IMG/VR virus record: IMGVR_UViG_3300046694_000202
Span: 19,430-83,429 of that record
DNA: 64,000 nucleotides
Direction: 5' to 3' (one strand)
Origin: a virus
The notes under the pieces: model-generated
What the model was told of the DNA's origin: nothing
Seen by the model: only the letters and a program-made list of their open reading frames with translations
Database searches by the model: none
Shown here: piece after piece, positions 1 through 8,370 of the stretch
Layout: every line of letters begins with the position of its first letter
How positions within the stretch are numbered: position 1 is the stretch's first letter
Program-made: the position numbers and the translations under genes

Positions 1-374
1 CACCAGATCTCTCCCATACGGTCTTTGTAGACTTCCAGAATTGCGGCGTGGTTCTTGATGTCTCCCTCGCGGTACATGAAGCGGACCAGCTCGTCGACCA
101 TCCAGAGGTTGTGCAGCAGGTCGCTGTGATAGTGCGCCCCTTCATCACTCCAGCGGGCGCCAGTGCAGAGGCCCATGCGGCTTCCTTCGAGGCGCAGCAC
201 ATAGCACTCGACCTCGCGCCCTTGGAAATACGGCTTCAACTCGGTCGGCCCTTTGATCAGGCGATCCGCGAGGATGAAGCGCTCCATGACCGGAGTCGCG
301 ACCTTGATCATGCGATCGGTGTTGTGCGCAGGCTCGAACTTCCACTCACGGCCGAACTTGTCGATGTGTGGCAT
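1..374 (-). CDS. Hypothetical early protein (reaches the window edge)
   Basis: Manual translation MPHIDKFGREWKFEPAH...DRMGEIW, open to position 3; lies directly downstream of the 377-691 ORF. Confidence 0.7.
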   Translation of the reverse strand, partial: MPHIDKFGREWKFEPAHNTDRMIKVATPVMERFILADRLIKGPTELKPYFQGREVECYVLRLEGSRMGLCTGARWSDEGAHYHSDLLHNLWMVDELVRFMYREGDIKNHAAILEVYKDRMGEIW

Positions 375-376
375 GG

Positions 377-691
377 TCACTCCCCCAGGAACTTGGTGAG
401 GTCTTCGATTGTGGTCTCGATGTGGCGCAACCCCTCGTTGATTGCGTCGACGGCCTTCTCCAGCTCGTCACGTGAGATCTCCAACTCCTCGATTTCGCGC
501 TCCACCTTCTGGCCACCCGTGGCCTCGCGCCAGTCTTCGTCCCGCGCGAGGAAGTCGTCTTCGTACTGCACGTGCGCGTCGTGGAGCTGCGAGTGCAGGT
601 CTTCGAGCGGCACGATCTGGATCGTCTCCAGATAGGCCTGGAGTTCGTTGCGAATGCGCTTGATGTCGTCGAACTGGGTCTTAGTCAGCAT
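377..691 (-). CDS. Hypothetical acidic coiled-coil protein
   Basis: MLTKTQFDD..., GGAG upstream, tightly packed in the leftward operon. Confidence 0.75.
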   Translation of the reverse strand: MLTKTQFDDIKRIRNELQAYLETIQIVPLEDLHSQLHDAHVQYEDDFLARDEDWREATGGQKVEREIEELEISRDELEKAVDAINEGLRHIETTIEDLTKFLGE

Positions 692-971
692 CACTGTCTC
701 CATACGCAGACTGGATCTTCTTGTTGGTATGGGAGCAGTACAGATCGACATCTTCCCAGTTGATGTCGAGCGCGATCACACGCCATCCGTTGCTCCGGTC
801 GTTCGCGATGATCGCGTTGCGGATCTCGTTGGCGTTCGCCACTGCTGCGTCCCACGACAGCGCTTCGCCGTCCGAGCAGATGAAGTAGCACGGGTAGCCA
901 CCGGGCCATGCATAGGGTCCATCTTCACGATGGATGGCCTTGTTGAAGTCCCACAGGGTTTTGATAAGCAT
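681..971 (-). CDS. Conserved phage hypothetical protein (YAWPGGYP motif)
   Basis: 96-aa ORF with GAGGA RBS; motif recalled from phage early proteins. Confidence 0.8.
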   Translation of the reverse strand: MLIKTLWDFNKAIHREDGPYAWPGGYPCYFICSDGEALSWDAAVANANEIRNAIIANDRSNGWRVIALDINWEDVDLYCSHTNKKIQSAYGDSDAD

Positions 972-1023
972 GATTGTCCTCGTTAGCCCGCCGAAGCGGG
1001 CGAATGCAGGTTGATGTGGGATG

Positions 1024-1275
1024 TCAGGAGATGGTGCAGCCGTGGGTCTTCGAGTACGTGAAGACGCGCACCTTGCCCTTGTAGTCGACGTTCACGGTGT
1101 CAACACGTGAGCCGGTTTCTTCGCGGAAGTCGCGCAGCATCGATTCGATCTGCAGGGCCAGCAGCTTCACTGCGGTGCTCATCTCGCGCTCGGTGTACGG
1201 TGCGGCTTCAGCGGGCGGTGCAGCGAGTTCGGTGGACTCGACGGCTGCGTGTTCGTTGTTCGTGATTGCGTTCAT
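1024..1275 (-). CDS. Hypothetical protein
   Basis: 83-aa ORF with GGATCAAGACACC leader. Confidence 0.7.
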   Translation of the reverse strand: MNAITNNEHAAVESTELAAPPAEAAPYTEREMSTAVKLLALQIESMLRDFREETGSRVDTVNVDYKGKVRVFTYSKTHGCTIS

Positions 1276-1331
1276 GGTGTCTTGATCCAGTGAAAGTGCG
1301 ACAGTCGCACGTTGTGGTGGTGTTGAACTGC

Positions 1332-1790
1332 TCAGTACTCGCGGTCTGCTTTCTGGAACAGGTGATCGAATGCCTTTTCGATCGCTGCCCGGTTACTGCT
1401 GTCAGCGTGTTGCCACGTCCCATACAACCTTGCTGCGAACTCGCCGAGGTTGATGAGCTTCTGGGCTGTGTGCTCTCGCTGCTCACGTGACATCGATCCC
1501 ATGTGCGTGCTCTCACGCTCGTAGTGCTGCCATGCGTTTGCAAGTGCTTCATCGATCGACTTGAAGTACAGACTCTTGCCGAGTTGGCGCGTCTGCCAGT
1601 AGCTACCCTCGGGGTTTTCGAGAATCTGATAGCCCCAAGGTGGCGGCATCTTCATCTCAGTGACCCAGTAGTCGGTGCCTTCGCACTCGCTGTCGATGAA
1701 GCTCGACACGTGGTCCGAATCCTCGAACGGGCCGTGATAGAACAGCCCCTCCACCGGGTTGCCGGTGATGACGAGTAGTTGCTTCTTCAT
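1332..1790 (-). CDS. Hypothetical protein
   Basis: 152-aa ORF, ATGA overlap with upstream gene. Confidence 0.75.
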   Translation of the reverse strand: MKKQLLVITGNPVEGLFYHGPFEDSDHVSSFIDSECEGTDYWVTEMKMPPPWGYQILENPEGSYWQTRQLGKSLYFKSIDEALANAWQHYERESTHMGSMSREQREHTAQKLINLGEFAARLYGTWQHADSSNRAAIEKAFDHLFQKADREY

Positions 1791-2071
1791 GCCGCCACCT
1801 GTTCGAACTGCTCGCCGAACACTTCAGCTTCTACGAGCTGATACGTGTAGCGCGGCCGGCCGTGGAAGTACTTCGTGTCGATGACGAGGCCGCATTGCTT
1901 GGCCAAGCGATCGATGATCTCTTCCGGGTGGTGCGAGCCGTGATAGTCCATGTGATGGAAGATCTGCTCTTCGAGCGCTGCGTGGAACGCGGCCTCGACG
2001 TAGGGTGCCCGGTCTTTCGCGTCGTCCATCATCTGCTCGAACGTTGCGAACGGGCCATGTGTGGTGGTCAT
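1787..2071 (-). CDS. Hypothetical protein
   Basis: 94-aa ORF with ACGGATCAA leader. Confidence 0.75.
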   Translation of the reverse strand: MTTTHGPFATFEQMMDDAKDRAPYVEAAFHAALEEQIFHHMDYHGSHHPEEIIDRLAKQCGLVIDTKYFHGRPRYTYQLVEAEVFGEQFEQVAA

Positions 2072-2120
2072 GGTGTGTTGATCCGTGAAGGTTGAAGGTT
2101 AAAAGTGCGACCGTCGCACT

Positions 2121-2318
2121 TTACATATCCGGCGTGTGCGTCACTTGCTTGCCGTGCCCATCGGGCTGCACATCCGTCTCGGCCAGGGTGACGGACACCA
2201 GATGCTGCTTGCTCTTCGGTGCCTTGAACTGGGCGATTGCCTTGGTCTTGGCTTCGAGTAGCGTGTTCGCGTAGATCTCCGCGCGTTTGCTGTTGAAGAA
2301 AGCGATGTATCCGTTCAT
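2121..2318 (-). CDS. Conserved small phage protein (MNGYIAFF...)
   Basis: AAAGGAGA RBS before the ATG at 2318; 65 aa. Confidence 0.8.
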   Translation of the reverse strand: MNGYIAFFNSKRAEIYANTLLEAKTKAIAQFKAPKSKQHLVSVTLAETDVQPDGHGKQVTHTPDM

Positions 2319-2328
2319 TGCATCTCCT

Positions 2329-2565
2329 TTAGGTGCTGCTGCTGAATCCCGCCAACAGTTCGACGGTAAGCGGGCCTTGAAACGTGCCGACGCGATCGCA
2401 CTGGTGAACGTAGTGGTCGCGGTCTTCCGGGTCATAGCCGTTGTCGTAGTACAGGCTGTGAACGAACAACTCAGTGGCCTGCTTCTCGGACTCAGCCGGG
2501 ATCAGGTCAGCGACATCATCGTCCCAGCCATCGAGTCGGCCGCAGAGAAGGAACAGGTGTTTCAT
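2329..2565 (-). CDS. Hypothetical protein
   Basis: 78-aa ORF, AAGGAG RBS. Confidence 0.7.
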   Translation of the reverse strand: MKHLFLLCGRLDGWDDDVADLIPAESEKQATELFVHSLYYDNGYDPEDRDHYVHQCDRVGTFQGPLTVELLAGFSSST

Positions 2566-2807
2566 TTACGTCTCCTTTTCTTGGTGGTGCGCAGGATGTC
2601 CCTTCGAATCGTCTGCACGAAGATCGCCAGCACGAATGCACCGATTGCGAGGAGGACGAACCAGACCAGGATCAGCCCGAGCGGGTTACTCGGATCGATG
2701 GGCGTGCGCTCTTGGAAGAGACCACGAACCATGCCGCTCGTTTCCGCCAGTGCTGTGCGTGCTGGGTTCGTGAGCAGGTACACGAGCAGCGCGACGTGCT
2801 TATTCAT
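2562..2807 (-). CDS. Small membrane protein
   Basis: MNKHVALL...; hydrophobic stretch LGLILVWFVLLAIGAFVLAIFV followed by a basic tail. Confidence 0.65.
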   Translation of the reverse strand: MNKHVALLVYLLTNPARTALAETSGMVRGLFQERTPIDPSNPLGLILVWFVLLAIGAFVLAIFVQTIRRDILRTTKKRRRK

Positions 2808-3027
2808 CAGCGTCCTCCACGCCTTCGATCGAGATCTCGATGTCGTAGCCTTCAACCGCGCCCGTGATGGTCGGATCCCCGTCGAACACCATCGTGCCTT
2901 CGGTGTCGAGATAGTTGTGGACCCACTCCAAGCGGCCCTCGGGCGGCACGTCATCGGGTACCTTGATGAACAGCGTCTCGCACTCCCACACCGCTTGCAT
3001 ACGGTGGACAGTCAGGATCTTAGGCAT
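2800..3027 (-). CDS. Hypothetical protein
   Basis: 75-aa ORF, GGAGG RBS, overlaps neighbours. Confidence 0.7.
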   Translation of the reverse strand: MPKILTVHRMQAVWECETLFIKVPDDVPPEGRLEWVHNYLDTEGTMVFDGDPTITGAVEGYDIEISIEGVEDADE

Positions 3028-3202
3028 CAGGAACCTCCACTTCGTTGAAGGACTTCACATCAGTCGAGCAGTCGTCGCAGAAGCCGTCGTCAAAGATGCC
3101 CGAGAGTTCCCAATCCTGCTTCTCGATGTTCCAGCGCACCGTCGCATCGCGGCCCACGTCATCGCCGCCGCAATATGGGCAGACCATCTTGATCTTAGGC
3201 AT
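3020..3202 (-). CDS. Small zinc-ribbon protein
   Basis: CPYC...CDDC pair, GAGGGAG RBS. Confidence 0.75.
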   Translation of the reverse strand: MPKIKMVCPYCGGDDVGRDATVRWNIEKQDWELSGIFDDGFCDDCSTDVKSFNEVEVPDA

Positions 3203-3209
3203 GGCTCCC

Positions 3210-3551
3210 TCAGACGTTCATGTATTCGGAGATCTCGACGAAGTACTTCCGTCCCTTGACCTTCTTCGCACGAGCACGCGCCTGCCAGTGCCCGCAGCAG
3301 TCGTGCTCGCAGCGGCAACCGTAGTCCAGCTCGAATTCGAGCGCCTTGACCGCATCGCGCTTCTTCACACCACGCGGTGCGACGACCGACAGCAGCCGGG
3401 TACGGTGCTCACCATCCGCGGAGTAGATGACGTTGTCGAATGAGTTGCCGAGCAGCTTGAATGCGCCTACATACTCCGAGCGTTCGAGATGACTCCAACC
3501 CGAGCGGTACTGGCTCGTGAGCGGCTTATGGGCGTACAGGATCTCAGGCAT
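3210..3551 (-). CDS. Hypothetical protein with Cys cluster (CRCEHDCCGH)
   Basis: MPEILYAHK..., GGAG RBS. Confidence 0.7.
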   Translation of the reverse strand: MPEILYAHKPLTSQYRSGWSHLERSEYVGAFKLLGNSFDNVIYSADGEHRTRLLSVVAPRGVKKRDAVKALEFELDYGCRCEHDCCGHWQARARAKKVKGRKYFVEISEYMNV

Positions 3552-3849
3552 GAGCAGGCTCCAGCGGCAGGTACATGGATGCCTTCGAGTACTCGTCGAG
3601 CACATCGCGAATCAGGCGTGCATTGCGGCGATCGACCGTGAGTGCGTTCACGACGTTGGCGAGCGTGAACTGCGTGGCTACATCGGGTGCCCCGAACTCG
3701 GCGGCGTACAGCTTGAACAGACGCTGTCGCAGCTTGGCGGGGATGGCAGTCTCGCATTCGTGCTTTGCTGCTTCAGCCATCGTGGCGAATTCGAGGCCGT
3801 CGCAACTCTTGTAACGCTTGAGTTCGCGCATGTTAGGCCTCGTCTTCAA
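3544..3849 (-). CDS. Hypothetical protein, paralog 1 (Y-x-S/T-x-DG...HE...AIP)
   Basis: 101-aa ORF sharing an N-terminal motif with two adjacent genes. Confidence 0.7.
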   Translation of the reverse strand: MKTRPNMRELKRYKSCDGLEFATMAEAAKHECETAIPAKLRQRLFKLYAAEFGAPDVATQFTLANVVNALTVDRRNARLIRDVLDEYSKASMYLPLEPAHA

Positions 3850-4171
3850 TGATACGGTCGACGATCGAGCGCTTCGATTCGAGGAACGATTTCATGTTGT
3901 CGAGCTGCTGCACATCGTGGCGCAGCTTGGTGTAGTCCGAGAGGAGTTCCCCGAACACTACCGACTGGCTCACAAGCACCAGCGCGAGCTTGTCAGCCGC
4001 AGAGGGTGAGAGTTCGATGCCCTCTTGCGTGAGTGCGCAGTGCTTGAGCAGCTTGGAGATGGAGCGCGGGATAGCAATGCCGTGTTCATGGCGTGTGGCT
4101 TCTTCACGGCTGGTGAAGGTGGCGCCGTCGCGCGTTTCGTAGGTCTCGATGACCTTGAGGGGTTTGTGCAT
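3833..4171 (-). CDS. Hypothetical protein, paralog 2
   Basis: MHKPLKVIETYETRDGATF...HEHGIAIP. Confidence 0.7.
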   Translation of the reverse strand: MHKPLKVIETYETRDGATFTSREEATRHEHGIAIPRSISKLLKHCALTQEGIELSPSAADKLALVLVSQSVVFGELLSDYTKLRHDVQQLDNMKSFLESKRSIVDRIIEDEA

Positions 4172-4257
4172 GGTCTTGATCCGTGAGATTAGAAGTGATG
4201 GTGGAAAGTGCGACGGTCGCACTTTCCACTTCGAAGCTCAGTGGTGGATGAGCTGTC

Positions 4258-4554
4258 TTACGCTGCTGCCTGTTCGTCGTGGTGCTTTTCGAGCGCGTCG
4301 ATCTGAGCCACGGTGTCGCGGGCTGCGATGTACTGATCGAGGAACGATCGCATCGCGTTCGGGTTCTGCAACATGGCGGTCACCAGCGGCTTGAGGCCGT
4401 CAGGGTTCAGCACCATGTTGTTGAGCGCTGCGTATGAGCCTTGGATCTGCTCGATGATCGCAGCCGGGATCGCCTTGGTCATCTCGTGGCGCAGGCCGTC
4501 TTTCTGCGTGTTGTGGTTGACGCCGTCACGCGATTGGTAGAGTTGTTTCAACAT
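4258..4554 (-). CDS. Hypothetical protein, paralog 3
   Basis: MLKQLYQSRDG...HEMTKAIP. Confidence 0.7.
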   Translation of the reverse strand: MLKQLYQSRDGVNHNTQKDGLRHEMTKAIPAAIIEQIQGSYAALNNMVLNPDGLKPLVTAMLQNPNAMRSFLDQYIAARDTVAQIDALEKHHDEQAAA

Positions 4555-4608
4555 GATGTTTGTTATCCGTTAGAGATTAGAGTTAGGTACAGCTCGAAGC
4601 TCACTGCA

Positions 4609-4785
4609 TCAGTGCGACTGTCGCACTTTTCGTTCGTCTTCCACTACGTTGACCGTCTGGCGCGGCCTATCTGTTGCCCACACGCGCAGGTCATTCGCGC
4701 GTATGAAATCGATGGCTTCATCGATTGTCTTGAACTCGCCGAATTCGTGGCCAGTTCGCTTGTGCTTCACGGTCCACGTGTTCAT
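4609..4785 (-). CDS. Hypothetical 58-aa protein (below ORF-track cutoff)
   Basis: MNTWTVKHKRTGHEFGEF...; ATGA overlap with the upstream gene. Confidence 0.6.
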   Translation of the reverse strand: MNTWTVKHKRTGHEFGEFKTIDEAIDFIRANDLRVWATDRPRQTVNVVEDERKVRQSH

Positions 4786-4970
4786 GCTGGGAACACCGCA
4801 AGCACGCTCTCCGGGAACAACAGCCGGCCACCCGAGAAGAAGATGATCCCGCTTCGTTCACCGATGCGGACGATCACATCCTGCTTCTCGACGCCGTAGT
4901 TGATGTAGCGCACGGTGTCGCCGACTTTGTACAGGTTGAGCGGGGGATTCGACTCGATCAGCTCGCTCAT
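4782..4970 (-). CDS. Small hypothetical protein (KVGDTV, KOW/SH3-like)
   Basis: 62-aa ORF coupled on both sides. Confidence 0.65.
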   Translation of the reverse strand: MSELIESNPPLNLYKVGDTVRYINYGVEKQDVIVRIGERSGIIFFSGGRLLFPESVLAVFPA

Positions 4971-5392
4971 GATGCGGCCTCGATCTTGACCTTCTGGAAG
5001 TCGTAGGGGTTGACCTGCACGAACATCACTTGATGGAACAGATCGGCGAGGTAGTCCTTGATCCCGTTGCGGTCAATGCCAGAGATCTTGAGAACCGCGC
5101 CATATTCGAGCGAGGGTGTGACCACGACTTGATGGTCTGTCCATCCGGCATACACGCCGTGCTCGTTCATGTGGTGAAACGACGTGTTGAACACGAGCTT
5201 GTTGCTCTTGCACTCGTCTTTCGCGAGCTTGACGCCCGCATCGAGGCCTGAACCAGAGGGCAAGTGCTCCTTGAGCATGGCGTCGAGGGTGTTGCGGTGG
5301 TGGTCGCGCCACTCGGTGTTGCCATCCGCGTCGCAGCGTTCGATGGTTGCCAGCAGCGATGCGATGGCTGAGTACAGCGGTACGGTGGTCAT
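4967..5392 (-). CDS. Conserved phage hypothetical protein (LPSGSGLD motif)
   Basis: 141-aa ORF, GGAG upstream. Confidence 0.8.
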   Translation of the reverse strand: MTTVPLYSAIASLLATIERCDADGNTEWRDHHRNTLDAMLKEHLPSGSGLDAGVKLAKDECKSNKLVFNTSFHHMNEHGVYAGWTDHQVVVTPSLEYGAVLKISGIDRNGIKDYLADLFHQVMFVQVNPYDFQKVKIEAAS

Positions 5393-5919
5393 GCGTCATG
5401 TCTCCGTGGTGGAAGGGTTTACCAGAGGCTCTACAACGGCCTCGTGCGGGCCTCTGGCTACGTGGGCCTATCCGAAGGCTCACGAGCGGCGTGGCGGTAC
5501 CGCAAATCAAGCGAGAAGTGCGACGGTCGCACTTTATGAGAGTGCGATTGCTGCGAGGCTGAGGAGAATGAGCACGCAGACGGCTCCGATTGCTCGATCC
5601 CAGCGATGCGCGGATTGCTGCTGTGCGGGCGTCAGGTGCAGGGTCACTCGCAGGTCGAGCGATGCGGAGCGTTGAGCGCGAGCACGAGCGCGGAGCGGGA
5701 GCTGGAGCGGCCACCTGATGGCGTCGAGCGCGGCCTCTACGTCGCGTAGCGATCGGAGGGCGTGACTAGGGCAGGAGCTGGAGCTAGAGCCGAGAGCAGG
5801 AGCTGAGAGCATGGTCGTGTTGTGTGGCGGTGTAGCTGTAGCGGCTTGCGTGGTGGTGGCCGCATTACGAAGGTGCAAGGATACCGGTTTCTTACGATCG
5901 GGATTCATGGTCGTGGTGG

Positions 5920-6350
5920 ATTTATCTGATAGAGAGGCCAAAACGCAACACGGGCCAGCGTGCAGCGTCCGCAGAGGGACAAGTAAAGGTTTCGTTTTTC
6001 CTTTTTTCTATTAAAAATTAAATATCTGATACTTGTTGCTCATGCATGAAAGAGAAATTCCTAATGCTTTCCTTGTCCCCTCTCTCTTTGATACTTCTTC
6101 TTCTTTTATTCTTTGAAAAGGAAGGAAGAAAGAAAGAATATAATATATAGCTAAGTACTTGATTTTAAAGGACTTTTGCCTCAACTATCTGATAGTTGAA
6201 ACGAGGAAAAATCCGCGCACGGCGCCCATTTTGGTTCCACTGTGGTCTCTTGGTGCCCCGCGAACCACCACTGTGGTACCGCGACGGTGCGGTCGGTTTA
6301 TCCACAATGTGGACAGCCGATGGTTACGCCCCCCACAAAATTCCACAATG
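5920..6350. promoter_or_regulatory. AT-rich non-coding block with IHF site, DnaA box and TATC-W-GATA palindromes (origin- or cos-like)
   Basis: AT-rich 5985-6200; IHF consensus WATCAANNNNTTR on the minus strand at 6152-6164; TTATCCACA 6298-6306; TCAACTATCTGATAGTTGA 6181-6199. Confidence 0.55.
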
Positions 6351-6448
6351 CGTAACGCATTTCACACTGTTGAACGCGCGCCGGCTACAGCTCCACCGCC
6401 GATTTCAACACGCACACAGTGCGGTTACCCACTAACCCGCACTAACTC

Positions 6449-6889
6449 TCACCGCGCCGGCTTCACACGCACGGAGCAGCCCCATGCCTCAGCCAACATC
6501 TCCACGCGCAGTACCCGCACCCGCTCCTGCGCCTTCTCCTGCTGCACGGCACGCTCCCGCGACCGGCTCAGACGCCGCTCCACATGCGTGCTAAAGCGCA
6601 CTGGTTCAGGCGCTGGAGCTGTAGCGGGTTCCGCGTCAGGACGCGCCCATTCCGGCATCTGTTCCAGAGTCGTGTCACCGCGCGCCAATGCACGGCGCAG
6701 CATGGCGATCTGGGCCTCGCGCGGCGTGAAGTTCTGCACGAGCTTCGGCTTGTCCAGCTGGTCCGTCTTGGGCGCATAAGCACGTGTCACAGACAGCGGC
6801 TTACGCCAGCGACCGGGGCCACGCTCCGGATCATCTTGCCCATACTCTTTCACGTACATCCACGAGAGCGCGCCCATCTTGGTCTCCAA
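6449..6889 (-). CDS. Hypothetical protein
   Basis: 146-aa ORF downstream of a palindrome copy; start uncertain (an internal ATG near 6877 follows GGAG). Confidence 0.55.
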   Translation of the reverse strand: METKMGALSWMYVKEYGQDDPERGPGRWRKPLSVTRAYAPKTDQLDKPKLVQNFTPREAQIAMLRRALARGDTTLEQMPEWARPDAEPATAPAPEPVRFSTHVERRLSRSRERAVQQEKAQERVRVLRVEMLAEAWGCSVRVKPAR

Positions 6890-7103
6890 TAAAGTGCGAC
6901 CGTCGCACTTTTCAAATAACGTCGCAAAAACGGATTATTAGACGCGCTACCACTCCAGCCGCTGCGTGAGAATTACGCGGCTGATAATGGCGCACGAGCA
7001 GACGCTGCCCCTGAAGCGGGAGCAGTTTTCATAATCGACCTCTTTAAATTTTGGTCCGATGAAGGGCCAAAATTTAAAGGGGCGCCTCTATAGGGGAAGC
7101 GCG

Positions 7104-7139
7104 AAAAGAACCAACCGGCGCGAGCCGGTCGGCTTTTTT
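7104..7139. terminator. Probable bidirectional intrinsic terminator
   Basis: AAAAGAA-CCAACCGGC-gcga-GCCGGTCGG-CTTTTT, downstream of the 7172-8035 gene. Confidence 0.65.
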
Positions 7140-7171
7140 AAAACGCGCCACTAGTGGCGCGCGCTAGGCGC

Positions 7172-8035
7172 TTACACTGCTACGGTTTCGGCCTTTGCCT
7201 TGCGCTTACCCTTCGGCGCGGATTGTGCGACCGTCGCACGTTCTGCTGCTGCTGCTGCCGCGCGTTCTGCGTCAGCCTTTTCCGCCTCTTCGCGCCGTGC
7301 GTTGCGTTCGATGCGTTCCTTGTTACCCTCAAGGAGTGCATACACCGTATCAAGCGGCAGCGTGTTCAGAACCGCGCTAGGCGCATACGGGAATAACTCC
7401 AGAATAAACGCTTCCGAGAATCGAACGCGTTCCTCATGCGGCAAAGCATCGAACGCGGCGCGCACATGTGCGACCAAGTCTGAACCCGTGCTAGGCGTAC
7501 CGTTCACGCCGACAGGGGTTTGGCGTTCCTCATCATCGGCGGGCGCTGCGGGCGCTGCGGGTTTCTTGGAGGGTTCCTTACCCTTGCTTTGCGCGAAATT
7601 GAAGTGCGCGAAAAGCGCTTCCTGAGTGTACAAATCGTTATCGGAAAAGAAACCTTTCACGAGTTCAATTGCCACCTCTTCAGATTCTGCCGCTTGCACG
7701 TCCGACAGATTCAAACCCTTTGCCGTCGCTTGCTTGCAGATACCCGTTCCTTTCTCCGCATAGCGCTTTGCCGTCGCTTGCGCCGCTTGCACTTTGGTCG
7801 CTTGCTCTTCGACCGTCAGGTTTTCCCAAGCGGCGCCAACGCGCGCCGCAGCAATGGAAACCTGCAAGCGGGGGATATTGTCCGATGCAAACCCGCGTTC
7901 CTCATATCCGCCAACGCGGGCGAATGCAGCGACCGTCGCGGCATATCCGCGCATAACAACAGACGATTCGCCCGCGACGATATGCGCGCCAACGAGTGCG
8001 GCAACTTCTTTCGAAACGATTTTCTTATCGGACAT
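7172..8035 (-). CDS. Hypothetical Ala/Glu/Lys-rich protein, first gene of the leftward early region
   Basis: 287-aa ORF with atypical codon usage, preceded by three palindrome copies. Confidence 0.75.
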   Translation of the reverse strand: MSDKKIVSKEVAALVGAHIVAGESSVVMRGYAATVAAFARVGGYEERGFASDNIPRLQVSIAAARVGAAWENLTVEEQATKVQAAQATAKRYAEKGTGICKQATAKGLNLSDVQAAESEEVAIELVKGFFSDNDLYTQEALFAHFNFAQSKGKEPSKKPAAPAAPADDEERQTPVGVNGTPSTGSDLVAHVRAAFDALPHEERVRFSEAFILELFPYAPSAVLNTLPLDTVYALLEGNKERIERNARREEAEKADAERAAAAAAERATVAQSAPKGKRKAKAETVAV

Positions 8036-8306
8036 TTTGAACCCCTATCGATTGGTACGCTTTGGTACCGATTAGTTAAAAGTGCGACCGTCGCACTTTC
8101 CGTCGCGCTTAGTGCGACCGTCGCACTTTGCGCACACGCTATGTGCGACGTCGCACATGGCGCGCGAACCCAACGAGCGCACGCGCCCCTTGGCCCCGCC
8201 TCCAGCCCTACACCTGCATCCATCTCCCACGTACACAGGATACCACACTTTAATAGGCTGTGCGGGGCACGCCGTGGGATGGCTGTCAAGACCTTCTTTT
8301 GAATTT

Positions 8307-8337
8307 TTGAGATTTTCCAGGTGTGGTATGCTATAGT
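8307..8337 (+). promoter_or_regulatory. Putative sigma70 promoter (extended -10 TG-C-TATAGT)
   Basis: TGCTATAGT at 8329-8337 upstream of the 8371 ATG. Confidence 0.45.
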
Positions 8338-8370
8338 CTACGCAACGCCCCAACTTATGCGCTGAAAACC

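Larger units (their letters stand above)
1293..8158. repeat. Dispersed palindrome (AAA)GTGCGAC-N-GTCGCAC(TTT), about 11 copies
   Basis: Copies at 1293-1310, 2102-2122, 4201-4229, 4611-4627, 5516-5534, 6891-6911, 7225-7239, 7929-7939 (core only), 8079-8099, 8111-8127, 8141-8158 (no spacer base). Confidence 0.95.

Noticed and set aside
5534-5941. 135-aa minus-strand ORF over GAGC-rich low-complexity sequence
   Set aside because: Low-complexity translation with no convincing start; only the hydrophobic 3' part might code.
7144-7161. 18-bp palindrome as a protelomerase (telRL) site of a linear phage-plasmid
   Set aside because: Much shorter than known telRL sites, and no protelomerase gene is in the window.
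1293-8158. Palindromic repeats as a CRISPR array or attC-like cassette sites
   Set aside because: Spacing is irregular (tens of bp to about 2 kb), copies are only 15-29 bp, some lie in coding sequence, and no cas or integron integrase gene is present.
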